From Rhodosorus marinus CCMP1338 (taxonomy: Eukaryota > Plantae > Rhodophyta): a stretch of DNA of 64,000 bases. Shown piece after piece: positions 56,454 through 64,000 of the stretch. The stretch spans positions 124,001 to 188,000 of the forward strand of contig JAMWBK010000011.1 in assembly GCA_029953675.1 (NCBI GenBank), in the 5' to 3' direction. Below the pieces are notes generated by a model. That model was not told the DNA's origin, made no database searches, and saw only the letters and a list, made by a program, of their open reading frames with translations. The first letter of the stretch is position 1. Every line of letters starts with the position of its first letter. Both the position numbers and the translations under genes were made by a program.

Positions 56454-57841
56454 CTAAGGGTTTGTTGGAGGGAGCGTCATCGGTGGAGGAACATTTGTCG
56501 GACAATTACAGTCAGTACCATCTGAGAATACACACGTGTTTCGTCCGTCCGCATACTGTGACGCGCATGTTATGTGGATAGTTGGGTTGGAGATTATATC
56601 TCCTTCTTCTCGGCAGTACCAGAACACAGCCGCGCCGATGAACGTGTCACCCAAAGCAGCGCAAGTCGCATTAAGGAAATTTTCGTCTGTACAGCCGCCG
56701 ATGGGACACCCAAACGGTCGTTGACCGCTGCCTAGCCGACACACTATGGAAGAGTTCTCATCGGCAAGCTCGATTGGTTGGTTGCAGGGCCCTCCGCCGG
56801 TGACAAAACTGTTAACGAGAAAATCGCAGGACTGAGTGGATACAGTTGGACTACCTCGATTGTGATATGCCTCGATATATTTGCTGCCATCTGCTGCTTG
56901 GAACTGAAACGCGTTCTGTGAATAACATTCCAACTTTGTGGGACCCTCCGAAGGAGTCGGCGAGGGTATCTCCGTTCTACAATCGCAGAATTCGTCCTCT
57001 CGAACATATGGTTCCTAGACATCCGTGGTTGGTAGCAAGGTTAGTCGTATCCAAAAGCGTTCACAGTTCGTCAGAGCTCAGACCCGCCCCGCCCCGCAAA
57101 CCCGGAATATCCTCGCGCGGGGGGGAGCGACCACAAAACAGCGCTCTGCCGAGCAGAGTTTGGGACGCGACTTACCTCGCCGATCGGGCATTCAAAACCT
57201 GCAGTTTCCTCACAAACTCCGCCTGGCCCTCGACACTGACCCGACTCGCACGGCGGGCAAGCTATCATAACGTCACAGGCAGTCGTGTTGTCGCCCTCCC
57301 TAGTCGTACACAGATCATCCTCGTCCTCAGCACTCAGAAATACCCGGAATGGCTCGTCACTATCGCCTATCGCACTGACCATCGCGGAACCGACCACCCC
57401 GACGCTCTGTCCGCAACAATCAGTCTGTCCTTGCAATTCTTCGGGACAGATAAGAACCCTGGCCCATCTGATCGTATCCGTAACCCCGTTCTTCGTCTTC
57501 CATCTGTCGATGTTCCTGCGAGAGGTGAATCTATCCTGCCCGGTGGGGGGCTCATCGAAGTGCGCTCCACCTCGAATCATGTTCAATTCATACCCATCAT
57601 CAGTCCTGAACTTGGCTCTAATACAACTCGGCAAGAACCCGGCCGCGGGGTCAAACTTTTTGTCGTTCAACTTGGTGTCCACACATATTTGGCCGAACCG
57701 GACTCCATGTTTGTTGCGAAGGGGCCTACAGAACTCTGAAAATTCAAACGCTCCGTGCACCGGGTCAGCTGAACAGTCTTGAGATTGCGCGACAGCGAGA
57801 ACCACCACAACCACGAAGAGAAACAGTGCGTACGGTCCCAT
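56454..57841 (-). CDS. Secreted Cys-rich protein, 408 aa (exons 57841-57176, 57014-56454)
   Basis: Signal peptide MGPYALFLFVVVVVLAVAQS. A phase-0 intron GTAAGT..ACTAAC..CTAG (57015-57175) joins the two ORFs: CPIGE-EPYVREDEFCDC. Many Cys residues and P/T-rich linkers. Confidence 0.82.
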
Positions 57842-58439
57842 CTTCTCCTAATGCTTAACCCTCAACCAGAAAACCCACAGTCCCGCTTCCCTTCCCCTTA
57901 GCGTGTCCTCTATGCTTTTTGGTAGCGCCACGATCTATAGTTGACAGTCACGTCCTCGACCAACATAATATATACCTATCCATCTGTCTACACACACCAA
58001 TGTTTGAGTTCCTCCCCAGGATATTCATCCTATTGCTCGGAAACTAATCGACATACCGAACTTCCATCGCAGGAAAACTCAATCGCCTTCTCCCCCCCTT
58101 CCCATGTTGGTCTTGTTGCGTTCCTACAGGATCTCATTGTTCCTTTTTTTGTTTTTTCTTTGAGTGATTAGTAAATTGAAACTCCCAAGCTCTTGAGTAC
58201 TGACTAGACAATTGTTTAAGTCCGCTTGGCTTGGCGATTTGCCAAGCCGCAATGGCTCCCCACCCATCCTACCTCTTGTTGATTTTAGGATAGTGAGTTC
58301 CGAACAACTAAGTTTACATTTTACAAGAAAATTGTAATAATATGGTTTAATAATAGTAGGTTAAAAATATATTTGTTTATCGAGGAATATTATGTATCAA
58401 GGGATTTCGGTTACCAAGATGATCTTGCGTCTCCAACAT

Positions 58440-58632
58440 CAAAGCAGCGTGCATACATACACAGCAAGAAACTTAGACGGGTAAACAACGAGGACAAGGC
58501 GGTCAGGGCGTTCCCCGAACAATTCCCGATTGCAACGAGAACCACCAACCGAATCCATAAGCCGGAAGCTCTCAATGACCGGAGGTACCGGGCGACGAGC
58601 TAGAGCCGAAGCACGAATACCTGGGAACATCC
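58440..58632 (-). mobile_element. Short subfamily A RLE fragment
   Basis: IRASALARRPVPPVIESFRLMDSVG..ELFGERPDRL; shares features with the 41290-41480 copy. Confidence 0.8.
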
Positions 58633-58639
58633 AGTAGGG

Positions 58640-60360
58640 CGAATCGGGACGAGGGGGGTTGCGGAAATAGCGTTCACTTGAAAAGAAGTAAAAGCACGGA
58701 CTTTTGGAAAGGGAATTTTTTTCACCCCTGTTTTTCAGTTTTTTCAATATATCCCTTGTATACGTAGTTTTTTTTCCGTATGGTATTTATGCTTTTTTGG
58801 AATTTTTCTACCTGTTTGAGATACTGATGGAACACACGCTTTTAAACATAGGCTAATAGTTAAACTCCAAAATAATAAGATTGGCAGAAACTTAATATAA
58901 AACAGACAACCACTCTGAAGAGATCTGGGGGTGTCGCAAAGCGGGAGAGAACCTTTCTTCAAGGGGTTCAATTTGCACAATTAGCTCCCTTGGTCAGAGA
59001 TCTGTTTCCGGCCCTGTCCAAGCCTGGCAAAGCAGAATTCACGACATGAAATCTTGTCACTCTTCCTCTGAACCATATCAGGTCCTGTTTCGTTGAAAAG
59101 GCCAACCCAGGTAAATCATGGGGAACCGACAATTTACTTTGGCGGAGATTTGGTTGTGCGAAAACTGGAGAACATTTCGTAGCGTTGATTGATACAGCTC
59201 GCTCGCTTTAGGCAAGGAAGTCAGCCTCCTCTTCCAAAAGACATCAAGATCTGTTCCTTCCCCGCTAGAGGCCCAGACTAACCAATGCCTGGGGAAGACA
59301 TGGCTCCCGCATATTTCAACTCTTCATCGAGCAGGGTTTACTATGATGAAGCCCTCGGAAAACCCGGATTCTCACAGATTGGTGTTTGCCATGACAGACT
59401 AACGTGGAGCGAGCAAATGAGGATGCGACGGGGAGGAGGGGAAAGTATCGTTCATTTGAGAAGAAGTAAAAACACATACTTTTGGAAAGATATTTTTTTT
59501 CACCCCCTTTTTTCAGTTTTTTCAATATATCCCTTGTATACGTAGATTTTTTTTCCGTATGGTATTTATGCTTTTTTGGATTTTTTTCTATCTGTTGGAG
59601 GGACTCATGGATCACACGCTTTTGAAACATGCGCTAAAAGCTAAACAATAAAAGTTAAACTCCAAAATAATAAAATTGGAACAAAATTCGTAGAAAACCG
59701 ACGACTACTCTGAAGAGATCCGGGGGTGTGGGAAAACGGGAGAGAACCTTTCTTCAAGGGTTGAATTACACAATTAGCTCACTTGGGGCAGAGATCTGTT
59801 TCCGCCGCATGGATCCTCGGGAAGCAGAATTCAAAGTGTGAAATCTTGTCATTCCTCTTCTGAACGATATCAGGGTCTGCTTCTTTTCTGCATCGTTGAA
59901 AAGCGTATAACGTAACCCCAAACCAGGTAAATCATGGGGAACCGGAGATTTGTGCAGTCAGCGTTCTCTTCCAAAAGACATTAAGATCTGTTTCTTCCTT
60001 GCTAAAGGCTATCCGGGTACCACGAGTATCTTCTTCTTTGGAAGAAAAATATAGGGAACCGACAATCACCCTGCAGGGATCTGGTTGTGCGAAAAGCAGA
60101 GAACTGTTCTTGGAGGGTTGAATTGTTCGGTCAGCGCTCTGGGGAAGGAAGACTCACAACATGACAATTGGCACGTCTTCTAAAACCACAACGTAATCTG
60201 TTCCTTCCCCGAGTGCCACTAGGTTTGGAAGACGCCAGCGCCCTCCTCCCCTTGGGAGGCAGAACTAGGAACGTGAAAAACTGCCCCCCTACCCTGAACG
60301 ACATCAAGGTCTGTTTCCTCCGTTGAAAAGGCAACCCAGGTAAATCCTTTGGCAAGAACC
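58640..60360 (+). repeat. Degenerate hierarchical non-coding repeat (about 780-bp period with shorter sub-repeats)
   Basis: 58672-59128 matches 59450-59943. GTTGAAAAG..CCAGGTAAATC at about 59092, 59895 and 60322; ATCTGTT.CTTCC recurs several times. Confidence 0.85.
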
Positions 60361-60429
60361 CCCTATGTGAAATGATGTACCTCCTTGTTTTGTGAGCAGG
60401 TGTACTTTGGTGGAATCTAACGCTGCTGA

Positions 60430-61584
60430 CGCGCGGACAATACTAAAGCAGTGGTAGAACGCCAGTGGGTCAAAGACAGCTCCGTGAGGAGGCTATGAAG
60501 ACGCCCTGGGTTGTTGCGAAAGAACGCACGAAGCCATCGAGAACCTACACTATCACCTAAACCAAAGCACTCGATGGTGAGTGAAACAAAGTGGAGGACA
60601 ATGCCGAATCACGAGGCGGAGAGTCTAACATAGACGCAGCGTACTGGGATTCCTTCAGTTGCCGCATTGACTGAGCTGCAGCGCCTCGGCGTCGAGCAGA
60701 TGCTGGCAGGTATCTGGTAGCCTGGGGATAAAGGATAGAAAGGTGTCTATGTACTCACTTCGACGAGGAATCAGATCAGTGACCACTAGGTCCGCCACCC
60801 GTTCCACCACTGGGGCGTCAAATTCATCATTAAATTGCCCGTGCCACCGGCATGGGGACGTCACACTCCGCCTCGCGGTCCGTGCCCAGCTCCTGATAAC
60901 GAAGATAGCGGAACAGCAAGCGGTTGAGGCGCGTATGGCGTCTTTTCCGGGCCCCTGGGACCTGTGGACAGGATGCCAACAAGTGCCCACCAAAATCACC
61001 GGAAGGCACCGAACCGCAGCACAGGTTACAACTCGAATCCCTGTCCGCAAGCCATGGAGGTTGTGGCAACCCTAGGTACAAGCGCAAGCTCGTACGAAGC
61101 TCGAAATCTGTCACCGCCAACCGCTGATGGGCAGGAATGACCGTAAAAAACGGGGGCTCAGACTTCCCCCCCCAAACCAAGGAGGCGTGCCAAGGTCGAA
61201 GGCAGAAGGGAAGGCGAACTCAGAAAGGTGCCGCCCGAGTCCCGATGTATGTCCCAAGACAGGGTGAAAGAATGCGATCCGGCGGTTTCATCACCGTCCA
61301 ACCTCGACTGGACTATGGCAGCGGCAGCACCCGAGATCTGGACAGAGTTGGCCCGGTGATGGTTGAACTTTATCCACATTGAACAAGAACCAGAAGGGTA
61401 CTTTGAAAACTACGGACTACGACCGGGCATCGTTGCTACGCCTGCCAGGACCTTCGAACGGTATGCGTTGGATGTCACGATTGTATCACCCCCGCGGCGA
61501 TGCATTTGAAACGAAGTGAGAAGGAGAACGGGTGCTCAGCGAAGGTAGCCGAGAACTGGAAGATCGTACACTAGGTTGAGAAAC
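60430..61584. mobile_element. Second composite block: subfamily B (-) plus subfamily D (+)
   Basis: 60456-60830 matches 49727-50100; zinc knuckle CNLC..HLLASC..RHT on minus; 61285-61584 matches 51498-51810 with LRPGIV..YALDVTIVSP. Confidence 0.82.
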
Positions 61585-62993
61585 CGAATGGTTTAATCGG
61601 AGGCTGAAAGAAAAAACCCCGAGGGGAAAAAAAGACTAAGTGCGGCGAAGAACTCGCGCCTCCAACATCAAAGCGGCATTCATGCGCCACAGCAGGAAAC
61701 TTAAGCGGGTAAACAACGATTGAAGACGGTCAGGGCGTTCGCGGAACAACTCCCGAAGCCAGCGAGAACCAACAGAGTCCATGAACCCAAAGCACTCAAT
61801 GATCAGGGGTACCAAGCGATGGGCTAGTGCCGAAGCACGAACACCAGGGGAAGACAAAGCCCCCGCGTATTTGATCTCTTTGCGGCGTCTCATGCTGGCG
61901 GCGGCAGATCCACGGCGCTCCCCCGCAGCCGGGAGATAACGACTAGCTTGAGGGTTAGGAACAACAAGATCATCGTATGTGGTACGGCGGCTGTCGTCAC
62001 AGGTGATCACCAGGTCGGCTACACGGCGTTCATCATTTTGAAAGTCCGCGACGGGTAAAGGTTTCTCACGTTTGATTTCCAGACCGGCTTGCCGGACTAT
62101 AGGCTGAAGTTCCCACTATAACAGGTTCAAGATCCGTGTATGGCGGCGGGTTCGAGCACCTTTCACCGCCGGGCAATTAGCGAGCAGGTGGGCGCCAAAA
62201 TCTGCGTTGTCTTCAGTCTGAGAGAAGAGAGGGCACGACGAACCCATCTCGTACGGCCAGGGGGGCTGATGTAAGCCGAGGTATAAGCGCAGTGAAATAC
62301 GCACTTCGAAATCCGACAGTGTGAGTGGCGGAAAGGCTGGTACGGTCATGAGCCACTGAGAGCTAATAACCCCTCCAAGAACACGTAGGCGGGCGCGGGC
62401 GCGAGAAGATGAGACCATCTGCGCGAGGAGTCGGCCATATGCAGCACGGTGCAAGTCCCAAGAAAGGATATTTTGCAGCGCATCCGTGCGTGCTTTAGCT
62501 CGGCTCCCAGCGCGCTGGGAATCATCAGGAGGATCAACTGGAACTTCTTCTTCTGCGGCAACCACTGGGTCAATCTCCCCTAGAACAGGTTCAGGCGCAG
62601 GGCGAATCCCCGGGGCGGAGCCTCGAGAGCGGTCAAATACAGCTCGCCAGTCAGGAAGACTAACTAAACCCGCCCACGCTGAGCTCCACACGCGCTGAGA
62701 GAACGGCTCCGTCCGCCGGAATGGGTGGGGAAACCCCAACCATAACGATTGGAAGGTGTGAAAAACCGATTCCCCCACGAAACCCCCAAAAAGAGAACTT
62801 GTTCCCAACGTTTGCAACCAAAGAAAAACCACCACGACCTCCAAGGGGCGCTAGCAACCCCCAGCACGCACCACACCACTAGAAGATGCGGGGGAAAGGC
62901 TGCAGAAAGAAGCGCCTCCCACCGAAGAACACAATTGCGACTCAAAACCACCAAAAGCCAGCACCATACACCCTCACGAAACCGAAAACTCTC
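61585..62993 (-). mobile_element. Internally deleted subfamily A copy retaining both termini
   Basis: 62993-62662 matches 42524-42856 and is joined directly to sequence matching 46175-47247; nearly identical to the long copy. Confidence 0.92.
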
Positions 62994-63030
62994 ACTTAAA
63001 TCGAGCAAAAATAAGCGCATGCATTTCGGT

Positions 63031-64000
63031 GACAGAAAGGCCCCCATGATTTAGGTCACCACGGTGGAGGCACATCATCGGTTAGTGGTGGAGCAAATAC
63101 GGGCGAGGCAGGTCACTCTGGGGGTGACGAAGCTTTTCAGTGGTGTTCAGCCATTCTAGAGAAGTCTGGGAGAGACAAGCCGCATGGATACGGTGAACAG
63201 GGTGGGCCATAGGTAGGAGTGAAAGCTCCGGTGTTGACGGCGTTACGTACCAACTGGAAAACCTGGCGGTGAGCGACGACGTAGACGTGCCCATCAAAGT
63301 GGTCCATGCCAAGAATGCACTGGGCTGCAGCTTGGCAGGCCGAAAAATGTCCCACGAGTGCTGGGCTTTACTCTTCGAGCGGTCTGTTCGGCGCGCGGTT
63401 AAGAGGACAAACCGGAGGAGGTCCTCCTTAGGCAGGTAGATCGTGCCCTCCCATGGTCGAGAAGATGACCCGGTTAGGCCCGGTTGATTGCGGCGGACGA
63501 TTGCCTGCAACTGCAGCTCCGTGACTATCTAGACGCCCTGGGTGGTTGCGAAAGAGACCTCGCAGCCAGGGAGAAACTACACTATCTATCAAGCCAAAGC
63601 ACTCAATAATGAGGGGGACGAACCGCCAGCCGCGGATACGCAGGTATGACCCTGAAGAAGCGAGAGCTGAGACTCCCCCCAAACCGCAGGCGATCCAAGT
63701 CGAGGCCGAGCACGAAGGTGAACTCAGAAGGGTGGTATACGAGTCCCAATGTACGTCCCACGAAAGGCTTTTTTGGATTACATCGGCCCTCGAGGGGCCT
63801 GACCCGACCGGGAAACGCCCTCCTCTGCCAGTCTCGACGGCACAGCCACGGCGTCAATATCCTCTGCAGCTTCTACACCACTGTCCAACCTCGACTGGAC
63901 TATGGCAGCGGCAGCACCACGAGATCTGGACAGAGTTGGCCCGGTGATGGTTGAACTTTATCGACATTGTACCAGAGCCAGAAGCGATACTTTGAAAACT
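63031..64000. mobile_element. Third composite block, a deletion derivative of 50131-51619
   Basis: Colinear with 50131-51619 except that about 50725-51244 is missing; runs off the window end. Confidence 0.88.

Noticed and set aside
56846-57782. 297-aa and 165-aa plus-strand ORFs
   Set aside because: Antisense to the secreted Cys-rich gene, which has a signal peptide and canonical splice sites.
39700-64000. Telomeric repeat arrays or a CRISPR array
   Set aside because: No tandem TTAGGG/TTTAGGG-like run and no repeat-spacer periodicity seen; the repeats here are duplications of TE-derived or non-coding sequence.

Overview
Eukaryotic nuclear DNA from a compact genome with short introns (mostly about 60-110 nt, GT-AG, CTRAY-like branch points). 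Red-algal-style plastid transit peptides suggest a unicellular red alga; this is inference. The window has two parts. (1) About 1-39.5 kb is gene-dense: DLD 3' end, UBL5/Hub1, a Psb34/Ssl1498-like thylakoid protein, a small GNAT, PCF11, PrimPol (in-frame TGA just before motif II), a BAR-like protein, aspartate aminotransferase, FKBP12 with a spliced putative transit peptide, tRNA-Ser(TGA), a lone 5S rRNA, a carotenoid cleavage dioxygenase, AP-1 gamma, TOM40, an M41-like HExxH plastid protein, a DUF4392 D-glutamate-cyclase-like protein, WDR82, a pogo/CENP-B-like HTH protein without a transposase core, and MED16. By my exon reconstruction MED16 is spliced in frame to a 48-Q tract and a MED25-type ACID domain, which is the most interesting observation here. 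(2) About 39.7-64 kb is almost entirely a nest of CRE-like non-LTR retrotransposons (RT plus zinc knuckle plus restriction-like endonuclease) from several subfamilies. It holds one near-complete two-ORF copy (about 42524-47247), an internally deleted copy, duplicated composite blocks, a large imperfect palindrome, and one intact two-exon gene for a secreted Cys-rich protein. Family assignments are from recalled motifs and manual alignment; no database searches were run.
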